Assembly: GCF_018350175.1 (NCBI RefSeq) | Contig: NC_058368.1 | Coordinates: forward strand, 149,546,001-149,610,000 | From: Felis catus | Lineage: Eukaryota | DNA: 64,000 nt | Reading direction: 5' to 3' | In this document: piece after piece, positions 51,880 to 64,000 of the stretch | Layout of the letters: every line of letters starts with the position of its first letter | How positions within the stretch are numbered: position 1 is the first letter of the stretch | The notes under the pieces: model-generated | Told to the model about the DNA's origin: nothing | What the model saw: the letters and a program-made list of their open reading frames with translations, nothing else | Databases searched by the model: none | Position numbers and translations under genes: made by a program

Positions 51880-53060
51880 AATTTGATGGATTTAAAGCGG
51901 AAAAAGGAGACATTGGTTTATATGTGGAAATATAAGGCAGAGAGGAGGAATGGTTTGCCAATTAACTCTGAAAATGTGAATGTGAGCATCATGTCTCCTA
52001 TCAGAATCAACAAACATTTATCGTGGTCACTGTGAACCAGATAAGATGTGGTATTACTTTTAGATTTCAACTCTGTGTTTTTCTTGCCTCATTTTGAACC
52101 AAACCTTAACCAGTTTCTCAAACCACTATTTATTATAAATTGTTTTGCCACATAGCCTAATAACTGCATTATCAGTTTAATTTATGTTGTACATACCTCA
52201 TTCCCTGCTCCTATCTATGAAATGCAAATCCAAATACACTTTATATATGGTCCCAATTAAAAATTGCTGATTTCAGTTTAATTTTCCAATTTCTAATAAT
52301 GACACAGATGTTAATGGATAATTTAATTAATAGAATCTGATGTGTAGGTTACTCAGTAGAGTTTCTGTTGGTTCTGCATTAGATCATAAAGCAGAAGTAT
52401 TCTAAGCCATTCAGAATGGAGAGAGTAAATTTGCATATGCTTGTACATATTATTATTTGTTCCCTAATCATGTTCTAAACTGAAAAGAAAACGTTATATT
52501 CAGCTTCCTAGTGATTTATATTTACTAGATTTTAATTGTCCAACATTTATCATATTCTTATATGATTTAATGACTCATTTCAACTATGGACTAAGTATTT
52601 TGCTACCTGTCTGGATGCCTTGATGCCCATCCATCGGAACCCAGTTGGCCATGACTCAGGTATTGGCACAGAACCAACCCATCCAGTGTATCCAGAACAC
52701 ATAATTATGAAAGTGCAACACTAGATTGCTGTCTTTAATATATTTCAGTCTCAAAAACATTCATTCAGCATTGATGAAACAATTCCAGAGTTCATGACCT
52801 CAATATGTTGCTACATGAAGAAGAGACTATCTGGTCAGAAAAACTACATATAGTATAAACTGTGTACTTGGCAGAAAAGAAAGAAGTTGTGTTTCTCATG
52901 GGGAGAAAAGGTGGTGCTGAGAGATTTCCAAATTCGTCTGCACTCCACGTTTTACATATGCTGCTCTGTGTGTGGCTAATCACCTGGTCTGGAGCATGAA
53001 GAACACCAATCAAGCTGAAATGAATTGTCAAACCTGTTATCAATCAGAAAAGGCCACTTT
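51880..53060 (+). mobile_element. Ancient RTE-clade LINE relic, RT to thumb
   Basis: EKGD...CGN; LSES.Q.F..RG.TVNQI; IGTQLAMTQVLAQ; SIDETI...KKRL.WS; TVYLA; ERF.QIR..LHVL; VANHLV.LEH. Confidence 0.7.
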
Positions 53061-53475
53061 TGTGATCTAGGGTAATGGACATAGTGCTTATGTTTTGCAT
53101 GAAAGAGTAAGTAGTCTACAAGCTTTTACTGATTAAAAGAAATGAATGATTCAGTTAAGGAAATAATAGACTCATGTTTTTCCAAAGTTCTTTTAAATAG
53201 TAGACACTTAATATTTGGGGGTGTTGTCATACTCTGCCAAGATGTAAATAAATCCCGTTCATTTAGTATTAATAACATTATTTAAAACCACAGCCAAGTA
53301 ATCACAGAATAGGCTCTCAGGATCTACCTAGAACTTGGCAATCAGACATCCTATAATAGGTATTCATTTCACAAAATTTACCATTTATTTTTAAAGATTT
53401 TTTTCTCCTTTGAAGGGAAGAAGCAAGAAAGGGCAATTCAGAGCCCCCCACCCTCCCAGTGCACAATACAAGGAC

Positions 53476-53612
53476 CAGGGCCAGTTTTATGGATGTTTTA
53501 CCTGTGCTAGGTTTAATGCTTTGATGTTGTCATCTTGAAGCTCTTAATTTTTTAACAAAATACTCCATGTTTTTATTTTGTAATAGGCCCACAAATTTTG
53601 TAACTGGCCTCG
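53476..53612. mobile_element. MER45A-like hAT-Tip100 MITE
   Basis: TIRs cagggccagtt ... aactggcctcg. TSD-like acaaggac / acaagggg. Confidence 0.75.
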
Positions 53613-53805
53613 ACAAGGGGAATAACTATGGGTTAGGACCTCCAGTCTGTTCTTTAGTTTGCCACCAGGGTTTAAATGAACATAAGCTTTTGTTTTCTGT
53701 TGTTCTTTTATTTCACATTCCCCATTAACATTATTGCTCTAATTTTACTCACATCCTGCTTCCTGGTCCTCTTTCTGTTGAAAAGACATCAAAAATTCAC
53801 AGATT

Positions 53806-54060
53806 TTTTCACTCATGTGTGGAATTTAAGAAACAAAACAAATGAACAAAGGAAAAAAGAGACAAACCAAAAACCAGAGTCTTAACTACAGAGAACAAAC
53901 AGATGGTTACCAGAGGTCAGTTGGGTGGGGATGGGTGAAACAAGTGAAAGGGATTAAGAAGTCATGATGGACCCTGAGAACTGTATGGAATTGTTGAATC
54001 ACTGTATCGTACACCTGAAACTACTATAACACTGTATGTTAACTACAGTGGAATCTTTAA
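53806..54060 (+). mobile_element. Carnivore L1 3' UTR end, 5'-truncated
   Basis: cactcatgtgtggaatttaagaaacaaaacaaatgaacaaagg...gtacacctgaaact. TSD aaaa(t/g)tcacagattt at 53791-53805 and 54060-54074. Confidence 0.9.
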
Positions 54061-54809
54061 AAAGTCACAGATTTACCAACCCTACAATAAGCCAGTTGAT
54101 ATAAATTGCCTTAATATTGCTATAAAATTGATACTAATACATATTAATATTGATATCAGATTGCCTTAATGCATTTTATAGGAAGACCAAGTAAATCTCA
54201 AGTGAGCATAGTTTCATTTTTTAAAACTTAGAAATAGGATATAAATAAGAATAAAGTATCACTTTTCCCCATAAAGAAAAAATTCACATTTTATTACCAA
54301 TATTTGTACTAGAGGAATTATGTAACATTAAATATCAGAAATGCACTTAGGTATACATTTACCTGTAGCAAACTTTGTGACTGCATATTAAAAAATATTT
54401 TGAATCATAATATATGATTAATTTCCTCATATTAGAAAATGCTTCAGCATGATAAAACTTGAAACACTTTTACAGCATCTGTTTGTGTTTTGAGGGAAGT
54501 TTTCTGGTCAGAGTGTGTTGTCTTTTCAACTCCTTCAAATCCAGAAAGAACAGATAATAATGAACTCAACCCAGGTAACAATTGTAGGAGGCCTTATTCC
54601 CAGGTAGTGCAGGTGACATATTAGCAGTATAATGTCATGAATGGTCGGGGTCCCCAAGGTTCTCACAACACCTTTCCCTCCCACATAGATGTATAAAATC
54701 CTGACCCTAATAAAGCTAGCAGTCAAATGTGTCAGCTATTCTGCCGAAATCTTTACCTATACAGTTCATTCATACAATTCATCCATTACCTGTACAATTT
54801 ACCTATTCA

Positions 54810-54930
54810 ATCCCCTCATTAGGTAAATACTATTTCACACATGAGGAAACTGAAGCACAGAGGTTAAGTAATTTTCCTAAAATCACACAGCTAGCTGTGG
54901 CAGTGTTGGATTTTCAGTACAGAAAGTGTG
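54810..54930 (-). mobile_element. MIR fragment
   Basis: catgaggaaactgaagcacagaggttaagtaattttcctaaaatcacacagctag. Confidence 0.8.
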
Positions 54931-55031
54931 CCCCAGTCAATGTTATTCAGAAATCTGATTCAGAGCCTTACACAAGAATTTATTAATACTTCTCATTTGG
55001 GGAACTCCTTCCCATTAAGATGTAAATACTT

Positions 55032-55256
55032 CTTTTTAATTTTTTTAATGTTTATTTATTTTTGAGAGAGAGACAGAGACAGAACATGAGCAAGAAAGGG
55101 AGAGCAGAGAGAGAAAGAGAGACAAAGAATCTGAAACTGGCTCCAGGCTCTGCGCTGTCAGCACAGAGCCCAAGGCAGAGCTCGAACTCACAAATCATGA
55201 GATCATGACCCAAGCCGAAGTTGGATGCCCAACCGACTGAGCCACCGAGGCACCCC
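55032..55256 (-). mobile_element. CAN-SINE
   Basis: TSD aa(g/a)atgtaaatactt at 55017-55031 and 55257-55271. Confidence 0.95.
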
Positions 55257-56408
55257 AAAATGTAAATACTTTTGAATGAGGCTGCCCTGAGGTCAGTCAT
55301 TTATAACTAAGAAGAAAGGAGAAGGTGAAAGCCATCCTGGGGTATTGGAAAAGGGCAGAAAGTCAACAGACACCAAGTGAGGAGGAAGCAGGCAAGAATG
55401 CGAAAGGAAAAGCCAGGTCAAATGTGTGCCCTCTTCCTACCTACCATCATCATGCCAGAGAGTAGACAGCTATATGTAATTTGTTATCTCCCTTGGCTTG
55501 CAAAAACACTTCCATATGTCCAACCCAATAAGATGGGATTTGTTACTGAGGGGACTGTTATCATCAGTCAAAGAAAAAAACATAGTAACAGCAAACAGGA
55601 AGCTGCCTAAACAGAGAGCAACTAAAACTGAATAAATGATCAAGGCAAAGGATCACAATTAACAAAATCAATATATGTCCATTAGTTAACCCCCAACCAT
55701 TGTCCTAGTATTCATCATTGGCACCACTACAATGATACCTAGTTCAGGGCATCAGAATCTTCAAGCTCCAGCCAGAGGCACAATTCAGGTCATATTACTG
55801 TTCAGAACTCACTGGCTGTTCATCCCCACGCTTGACCTTGTATTATTCTTTAATTCCTTGTGGGGAAAGAAATATCTTCCAAATAACTGTATCCCCCTTA
55901 TAAAGTACCTTCATAAAGAGTATGGTCAATATATCTCTACTTTATATTCAGTAATCATGGAATTATAGTTTCAGCTAACTTTTACTGTGCATGATTTTAA
56001 AATTTTATAACAAACTTCCATTTTCTATCTGTTGAAGACCCAGAAATTGGAATTCTAACTTTTAAAATGAAACAAATTATTTATTTATTCTTCCAGATCT
56101 TATTTCAGTGGCATGCCATCTTTTACTATGTTCCTTAACAGAAAAAGCTCTTTGATTTATTTTGCTAGAAGTTCCAAGATTTATTTGTTCAATTCATTCA
56201 AAATACTTAGGGAGCACCTGCTTCACATCAAAGACTCAGTAGGTACTTGGATACATCAGTGAACCCAACAGATAACCTTGACCTGGTGAAGTTTATGTAT
56301 TAGCCACCAAGGAATTGGGTTTTAATTCCTTCACAGGGGAACCATTTCCCATTATTTGCAGAAATTCCCTTTCTGTGGAATCAATACGTATCAAGCTCAC
56401 CACGATTG

Positions 56409-57157
56409 TTTTGTTTTGTTTTGTTTTGTTTTGTTTTGTTTTGTTTTGTTTTTAAATCTGAAGTTTATTGTCAAATTGGTTTCCATACAACACTCAGTGC
56501 TCATCTCAACAGGTGCCCTCCTCAATACCCATCACCCACCCTCCCCTCCCTCCCACCCCCATCAACCCTCAGTTTATTTTCAGTTTTTAAAAGTCTCTTA
56601 TGGTTTGGTTCCCTCCCTTTCTAACCTTTTTTTTTCTTCCCCTCCCCCACGGTCTTCTGTTAAGTTTCTCAGGATCCAGATGAGAGTGAAAACATACGGT
56701 ATCTGTCTTTCTCTGTATGACTTATTTCACTTAGCATCACACTCTCCAGTTCCATCCATGTTGCTACAAAAGGCCATATTTCATTCTTTCTCATTGCCAT
56801 GTAATACTCCATTGGGTATATACACCACAATTTCTTTATCCATTCATCAGCTGATGGACATTTAGGCTCTTCCCATAATTTGGCTATTGTTGAGAGTGCT
56901 GCTATAAACATTGGGGTACAAGTGCCCCTATGCATCAGTACTCCTGTATCCCTTGGGTAAATTCCTAGCAGTGCTATTGCTGGGTCATAGGGTAGGTCTA
57001 TTTTTAATTTTTTGAGGAACCTCCACACTGTTTTCCAGAGCAGCTGCCCCAGTTTGCATTCCCACCAACAGTGCAAGAGGGTTCCCATTTCTCCACCATC
57101 TCTCCAGCATCTATAGTCTCCTGATTTGTTCATTTTAGCCACTCTGACTGGCATGAG
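56409..57157 (-). mobile_element. Young feline L1, 5'-truncated, ORF2 C-terminus still open
   Basis: ORF 56669..57154 with the CCHC region [18 protein letters not shown] and terminal WMELESVMLSEIS. Tail is (AAAAC)n. TSD accacgattg at 56399-56408 and 57158-57167. Confidence 0.95.
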
Positions 57158-57370
57158 ACCACGATTGGTTTCATGGATTAATTAAATACAAAAATGGTAA
57201 AAATGCAGAAGAGCATTGTTTACATGATTTTATGTGTCCCAAGACCATGAAATCCAGTAGCAACTTAGTCACAGCTTTGTGCACAATAGGTGTACAAGCT
57301 ATCCTATACAAAACAAAGTAGAAAATGAAGAAAATTTTTCCAAATATATGTACATTTTAAGATCTGAGCA

Positions 57371-57693
57371 CAGTTGAGAACACATGGGTTTGAACTGTAC
57401 AGGTCCACTTATACATGGATTTTTCTGGATAAATACAGTACAGTACTATAAATGCATTTTCCTTATGATTTTCCTAATAACATGTTTTGCTCTAGCTCAC
57501 TTTATTGTAAAACAGTATAGAATACATATAACATACAAAATATGTCTTAATTGTCTGTTTCTTATCGGCAAGGCTTTCTGTCAACAATAGGATATTAGCA
57601 GTTAAGTTTTAGGGGAGTCAAATCCTATATGCAGATTTTTGACCATGCAGGAGGTTGATGCCCCTAACCCCCACTTTGTTCAAGGGTCACATG
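57371..57693. mobile_element. Tigger2a-like MITE
   Basis: cagttga..aacacatgggtttgaactgtacaggtccacttatacatggatttt ... ttgttcaagggtcac. Confidence 0.85.
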
Positions 57694-60050
57694 TCATTGA
57701 ATTCATTATTTAAACAGAATAAGAGATATTCACTGACGGATTTGGGGCAAAGAAAGGATATGTGGCAGGAGGAGAGGAGGAGGGAGGTTTTGTATTAGTA
57801 GTTCCTCAATCTCGTCTTGCATCTTTCAGTGATCTAGGGCTATACATCCACTCCATTTATGCCTAAATGCTCTGTGTTCTCACTTTAAAGCCCTTCACCA
57901 TTATTCAATCAAACACTCTTATGTAAAGTAAAAATACACATTGGTGGAAAATTCTAACATCTAGGGAATATTTTTCATTTGAATTCTTCTGTGATTTTTC
58001 ATCTGCAAGCAGATGTGCAAATTATAAATCAGGAAACCAAATCCAACAATTGTTTTCTAAGTTTTTCTAGACTTAGGAAAGGCACTGTTTTAGGCTCCAT
58101 ATGCATAAAACAATTTATAGAATAAAAAAAATTTACCACTTTAACCCTTAAGAACACAATATACATTTTTAACAGTTAAAATACATAACCAATTTGACAC
58201 ACACACAAAAAAAATACAGCAGTTTATACAAGGCACTAATCCCCGTGAGGGTAACATGCTTTACCAATTTCTTAGTAAACAGTGCCACCATGTGGTGTTT
58301 TATTCTAAAATGAATTTCAAGATTTATTATGCAATTAAACATTGCACTTAGTGACAAAGAATAATGAGAACATTTTTCTTACAATGTGACATTACAAAAA
58401 AACCTATGGGTAATATTTAGTAGAATGTATAAATATTCACTAAATGGGTTCTACATAAATATTTTTGTTCACTAAAAATTTTTATGTATATAAATATTTT
58501 ACAATAGTTTTATTTATGTTCATGTAAGGGAATCTCCCCTTAAACCTAAAATATGTCACTGACAAACAAAAATAGAAAAATTGAAAATATAATGATCAAA
58601 AGCAGAAGCAAGTTTTTTAAAAGTATTAGTTTCAATTTGCTGTATAAACACTATGCAAATGCTTTTAAATGTGCTTTAACATGTAATTACATTTTTGCTA
58701 TTGTACTTCAGGAAAATATGTTTAATGTTAGATTTATTTTTTTCCTTCTTTATGTTTCCAGGTTTGCTAAAGATTGTTAAATTATAACAAAATCATAAGG
58801 CAAACTGGAAGGAAACCTACAAGGGTATATAATGTTCGTTCTCATATTTGGAGAAGAAAACAATTTTAAATACTGGTAGGAAAGATAAAGTACAGCTTAC
58901 CATTTTTATTTTGAAAATCCTTATTGGTAAATGTTCTTTCTTATACCCTACCTAATTCTGTCATTTAACCATTTAAAGAGGTTTCCTCTGAATTTTTCTT
59001 CAATTGGAAATTGAAAATTGATTCCATAGTTTCTAGGAGTCCCTTCCTTACTTACATTATTCTTCTCCACTCAGTGAAGATTACTGTACACACCTAAATA
59101 CACACTAATGAACCACACCTGTTCAAACTTTCTCTAGAATATGAAAAAAAAAGGTAAGAACTTTGAATAACAAAACTAACCTTTTATTTTAATGTAAACA
59201 AATACATTTTATATATTATGTAAAAATATAAAATAATTTTATTGCAATTTAAAATAACAATGTGGTCTTGCTAAAATGGGGTGATCAAACCCCTTAATGC
59301 TTCAAATAAAGGTTTCTTGGGTGGTGGCATGCTTAATTAAGTACATTGTCATTTAGCTGAGACACATCTTGGTTTTAGGAGAGAAAAGTTACAGAACGCT
59401 TAAACTGAACAAAGAAGGTTTTAAAAAAAAAAGGAAAATCAGTCTCATCAAAACTAAACTAGAAATGATTTCAAATCGTTTTCCAACCTAGTCTCAAGAG
59501 AATTATTCTTGTAAGAAAATTACCCGAAGAAAATGAATAAACACATTGAAATCCTGCTAATTATTATATAGTATTTTCTCTGCAAGTTTTGTTGTTGTTA
59601 TTAACCTTATCTTCAGGCATCTCATGTAATAGCAGCCAGTTCTACTGTCTCACACAGTTTAGCTCTTAAATGATAAATTAATTCAGTTGTTACTGAAATC
59701 TTAGGGGTAAAGGGAAGCTGCCCCAAATGACTGTTGTAAGTTTCAAGCATTAGCAATGGTGTTGTGACTAAACCTAGTGTGATTTTCTCCTGCCTGTTCA
59801 GTAAACTTTAATATCCAGTCTTATCCCTTGACTAATTATAAGCACAATATTACACATGGTAACATAATCAATGACTCTTCCAAAATAAACCAGAATAGTT
59901 TTCTTCTAGACTAAAAACAAACAAACAAAACATCATTACAGATGTGAGAGGAATAGCTTTATTTCTCTTCTTGAAACTTATGACATCAAAATCTCTATAT
60001 CAAAGGATGCAGACAAATTCATGAATAAAATTCTGCAGGAAAATGGTGTT

Positions 60051-60206
60051 GGGGTGCCTGGGTGGCTCGGTCAGTTGAGCGTCCGACCCTTGACTTTGGC
60101 TTAGGTCATGATCTCACGATACCTGAGTTCTTGAGTTTGGGCTTTGCGCTGACAGTGAAAAGCCTGCTTGGGATTCTCTCTCCCCCTCTCTCTGCATCTC
60201 TCTCTC

Positions 60207-60252
<46 letters not shown>

Positions 60253-60290
60253 AAACAAATAAATAAAAACTTTTAAAAAAAGAAAAGAAA
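60051..60290 (+). mobile_element. CAN-SINE
   Basis: Head ggggtgcctgggtggctcggtcagttgagc, (CT)n, A tail, imperfect gaaaatg(g/a)tg TSD. Confidence 0.9.
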
Positions 60291-61009
60291 AAGAAAATGA
60301 TGGTATAAAGCATAGGTAAGACAAGGGGAATATCCCTCCTGGACAGTGATTGAAAAAAAAAGAGAGAAAACTGTACTGAGTGGAGCAGAGAGAGAAATTC
60401 TCCCCTCCCCCCAACTCTTCGTCATAAGAATAGAACAGAAAGGCGAAGATTTTTCCAAGGAATCAAAATAGATTTGTAGTAACTGAAGTTATTAAACCAG
60501 AAGTTGTTTTTTCAAGTTTACATAATAACTGGAAGTTAAGCTATTTAATACAGAATACTTTTCAAAATTTCTGGTTGAGCATACATGTCATAGAACACAG
60601 CATTAATTAATATTATATGGAGATTAGTTTAAGAAATGTTACAAAGATAAATCTGGGAACAGAGGTAAAGCTATCTTTTGCGTAAAGCTAAGTTTCCTAA
60701 AACTTTTCATCAATATTTGAAAAAATCTCACTCCTTTACCAAAGGTATTTATTTATTAGGCACCATTTAGTATATGAATAGTTTTTAAATCTAGTTTCTT
60801 AGGGAAAAAAGAGAAGTGAAATAAATACCACAATTATAATGAGATTCTATTATAATTTATAAAAAATTAAGTCATTGTAAATATAATCTATTCTCAATAG
60901 GTAGCAAAGATTTTAGTAACCTATGGCTTTTTAGTTTTGTCCCATTTAGTTCTTTTTCTTAAACTTTAGAGAAGTTTAACTAAAAAAAAAAACACTGAAT
61001 TTAAGGACA

Positions 61010-63800
61010 TTCAACCCTACCAACATGAGACTCCCCAAGGATAAAGAGTGACCTTTTTCTACTATTTCAAAAGGAGAGTAACTTCCTCAATTCAAAGTAT
61101 CAGCTATGAGTCAGACTCAAATCAGTTTAGTCAGTATTTTTAAAGCAGAAGTTGGAAAAGTTTTTGTTTTGTTGAAGAATTGTCTGTTATGTGTGAGTGG
61201 GTATATTCCATTTTGCTTCGTTTTCATAAAAATAGTATCAGACAGCTTGAAGAATGCTAAAGTTTTAGATTTTAAGTCTTGCAAATAATGCCTGACTTTT
61301 TAAAACTGCTGAAGCACACTTTTTTTTTGGTTTTGGTTTTGCTGCTCTTTTATAATCCTGCTTTGGTTTGTGCCCTCATAGATTTTCAGAATAGTATTAC
61401 GAAAGGGGAAGTAGAAAAAACTAGAAATTTTATACATGAAACAAATTCAATAAATGGAAACAATTATTGATATAAATAAAAAGTAACTATACACAGAATA
61501 AAATGCAAAGTAAATATTTTTAAAAAAAATTTGCTACATACTTTTCCCTGCCAAAGGCATGGATTCTGATTCTGATTTCTCATTGTAAAAAGAGAGAGTT
61601 TAGTAAATATTAGGGAGCCATTAATGATGGGAGAGCACCAAATTGAGACTTTCTCATAATTGTCAAAGAATTAGGAGGGAATTGTGAAAAAAAAATGACT
61701 TCCTTAGTTTGAAGTTCATTTGTGTAACAACTAAAATCATTCAGGGAATAATCAGGCAACATGGTCCACACTCTTGGCAAAGGTGATCTCCCTTTTTCTG
61801 AACCTCTTTAATTCTATTCTCATGGACATCCTATGTATTCCGCACCAAAAAAAAAAAAAAAGTATTTTGGATGTTACTCTATTCTTAGTCTGGTCTTTTT
61901 AACTAAGCATAAAGATTGTTTGAGAGCAAAGACCATGTAATATTTTAGAATTTCTAACTACTGATTATACCATGTTACATATAAAATATTCCTCATTCGT
62001 ATTTGTTCATCAAGCAATTGTCCACCTGCCTTGCCAGAATGCACAGATGTCCTATAAACAAATTATCAGCTATGCTTGGAGCAGCTCCATAGTATAATCC
62101 GTATCCTAAGCAGAATTTTTCTAAGAGTATAAGTTCCAAAAGACCCTAGAGTGTATTTGCTCTTTCTCTATATTTGCTCAAGTAAAATTGACAAAAGATT
62201 TTTAAATTAAATAAATAAATTTAACATATGAATATATTTATGAATATATTTAAGGCATGTATACACACATATATATACACACCTATATTAGATACATAAC
62301 TCCAGAATAGTATAACATGTACGCAGTCTGACCCCTAATTTTTTGGGGGGTTGGATATGATTTTTCCAATATCCTGCATCTATTGACCATCTTTCCTAGT
62401 GCTTGATTTCTTAGTGTTCTTTGCAACATTTTCCTGCAAGCACATCTTCTTCAGTAATTTTGTTTTTTTAATTTTCATAATCAGAACTATTGAGATATAA
62501 TTTACATACATTAAAAAGTACCATGCATTTAATGGTACTTTCCCATTATGGAACATTCCCAGTACCCAAAAAAGTTTTCTTTTAACCCCTTGCAGTCATT
62601 CATCCCACCCCAACCCTATGCAACCCTATGCAACCCTATCCCACCCCAACCCTATGCAACTACCGACAGGCTTTCTGTCATTATAAACTAGTTATGTCTT
62701 TTTCTAGAATTTCAGATAAGTAGCTCCATAGAGTATGTACTTGCTTGTTTCTGGCTTCTTTTACACAACATAATGCTTTTGAGATTTATCCATGTTTAAT
62801 GTGTTATCAATTATTCATTCCTTTTATTACTGAACAGTATTTCATTGCATGGATGTAACACATTGTGTTTACCCCTTCACTAGTTGATGGACACTTTGCT
62901 TGTGTTTTTTTTTTTTTAATTTTTTCACTTTTTTTCTTCTGTGAACATCTATGTTCATCTTTATATATGTCTGCAGACATATAATTTCTCTTGAAAAAAT
63001 ACCTAGGAGTAAAATTGTTGGGTAAGGCAACAAACATCTCTTTTATTTTGTGGAAGATTGCCAAACTGTTTTCATAGTGGTTTTGCCATTTTATATTCCT
63101 ACCAGCAACATATGAGGGTTTCACGTGCCTCTTTACTGCTTCTTAGCCCAAGCTTGACATTGTTAGTCTCTTTTATCCTGTGGGCCACAGAGCTCCAACT
63201 CCCACCTACCATTGTTTGTTCCTGCTTGCTTTCCAGCTCCTGGAAACTGAACTTTCTTCTTCTGAAACTCAACTATATTATTTTAATAGTTTTTCTATAA
63301 TTCTATGTATTTGTAATGAAGGGGTGTGTTTTCCAACATAAGCGCCACCTGCCATTTTGACTATAAGTGTAAGTGTTCAAAAATTTGCACATGATGAATC
63401 TTCAGGTCAAAGACATTCCAAGACTTGAACAGAATAGAAAGTGATTACGGTGGCAGAAGAAAAGTGATAGTTTGTAAATAAATAAAGTTTTTGTTGCGCT
63501 TTGATTAATCATGAATTGAAAGTTTTCATTCACTAGGTCACAGCAGAAAGTAAATCTAGCTTGAGTGCTGCAAGAGTATAGCATATAGTATTTGCCATTT
63601 GATAAATGTTAATAAATGTTTTTGAGATGATTATAAATGGCAGATGTGCATTGAAAGATCACTTTTTCAAATAAATATTGGAAGAAAAGAATAGAAATTT
63701 AAAATACAATTGAGAAATTCAATAGTATTGTTTTCAGGTATGTAGAGAATTAAGTTTGAGGCTTAGGGAAATCCATCTATGACCTTTTAATGGCGATATT
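61010..63800 (+). mobile_element. Ancient RTE-clade LINE relic, RT region, split by an old L1
   Basis: ORF 61106 QISLVSI...VGKVFVLLKNCL (cf. GISLLSI.GKVF...LLNRL); ORF 61279 YNPALVCALIDFQ (cf. YN.PLY.AFIDF.KAFD); IETF at ~61640. The extension past 63400 is weaker. Confidence 0.65.
62470..63175 (-). mobile_element. Old L1 (L1MD/ME-like) 3' fragment with a caaccctatg tandem reiteration
   Basis: tattgagatataatttacataca; ttctggcttcttttacacaacataatgcttttgagatttatccatg. ORF 62807..63124 is ORF2-like. Confidence 0.85.
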
Positions 63801-64000
63801 TAAATTTGTAATTCGTATGTTGAGTTTTTTTTTTATATTGCACATGATTTGCTAATGTGTTTGCTCTCTAAAGTTCTGTATCCTCACTGTCTCCCCTGTC
63901 AAGTTTCACAAAGATCATTTTATTCAAAAAAATTTCTGAGTAAAACACTAGTCCGGCCCATATCCTAACTTTGCTTGTTATAGTTTTAACCACTGGTGAA

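Larger units (their letters stand above)
54300..59950 (-). mobile_element. Ancient RTE-clade LINE relic, EN C-term to thumb, fragmented by MIR, SINE, L2, L1 and Tigger
   Basis: VIDYV..LDIKVY (~59880-59800); EKITEEFK..TLHK (~58010-57910); EYKVEIY..IWKIF..NTRSSVGMNS (~55950-55810); ORF 54535..54726 LTASFIRVRILY..PTI..HLHYLGI; LKELKR..RKLPSKHKQML. Confidence 0.6.

Noticed and set aside
52745..52800. piggyBac/hAT catalytic motif suggested by FSIDET
   Set aside because: The flanking motifs fit the RTE 'SIDEEI' region in order, and there is no other transposase motif or TIR.
56356..56865. Longest plus-strand ORF (169 aa)
   Set aside because: Antisense read-through of the young L1 3' end and its (GTTTT)n tail.

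Overview
AT-rich, repeat-dense mammalian DNA, very likely felid: it has about 23 carnivore CAN-SINEs, including young CpG-rich SINEC_Fc-type copies, plus feline/carnivore L1 3' ends. I found no supportable protein-coding gene, RNA gene or CRISPR array. The ORF track is explained by SINEs, L1, microsatellites and decayed retroelement coding sequence. The recognisable younger layer consists of SINEs with TSDs, L1 fragments (one with a twin-priming-type inversion), an ERVL pol+LTR remnant, MaLR/ERVL/Gypsy-like solo LTRs, hAT and Tigger MITEs, L2 and MIR. The main observation concerns the apparently unique DNA between these repeats. By eye and through stops and frameshifts, much of it translates into colinear endonuclease, reverse-transcriptase and thumb motifs of RTE-clade non-LTR retrotransposons (L4/RTE-X or MamRTE-like). 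I count roughly 15 segments on both strands, several near full ORF length and some head-to-tail, interrupted by L2, MIR and LTR insertions. The window therefore looks like an ancient, unusually dense RTE 'graveyard'. These alignments were made manually against remembered motif consensus, so boundaries are approximate and need HMM confirmation.
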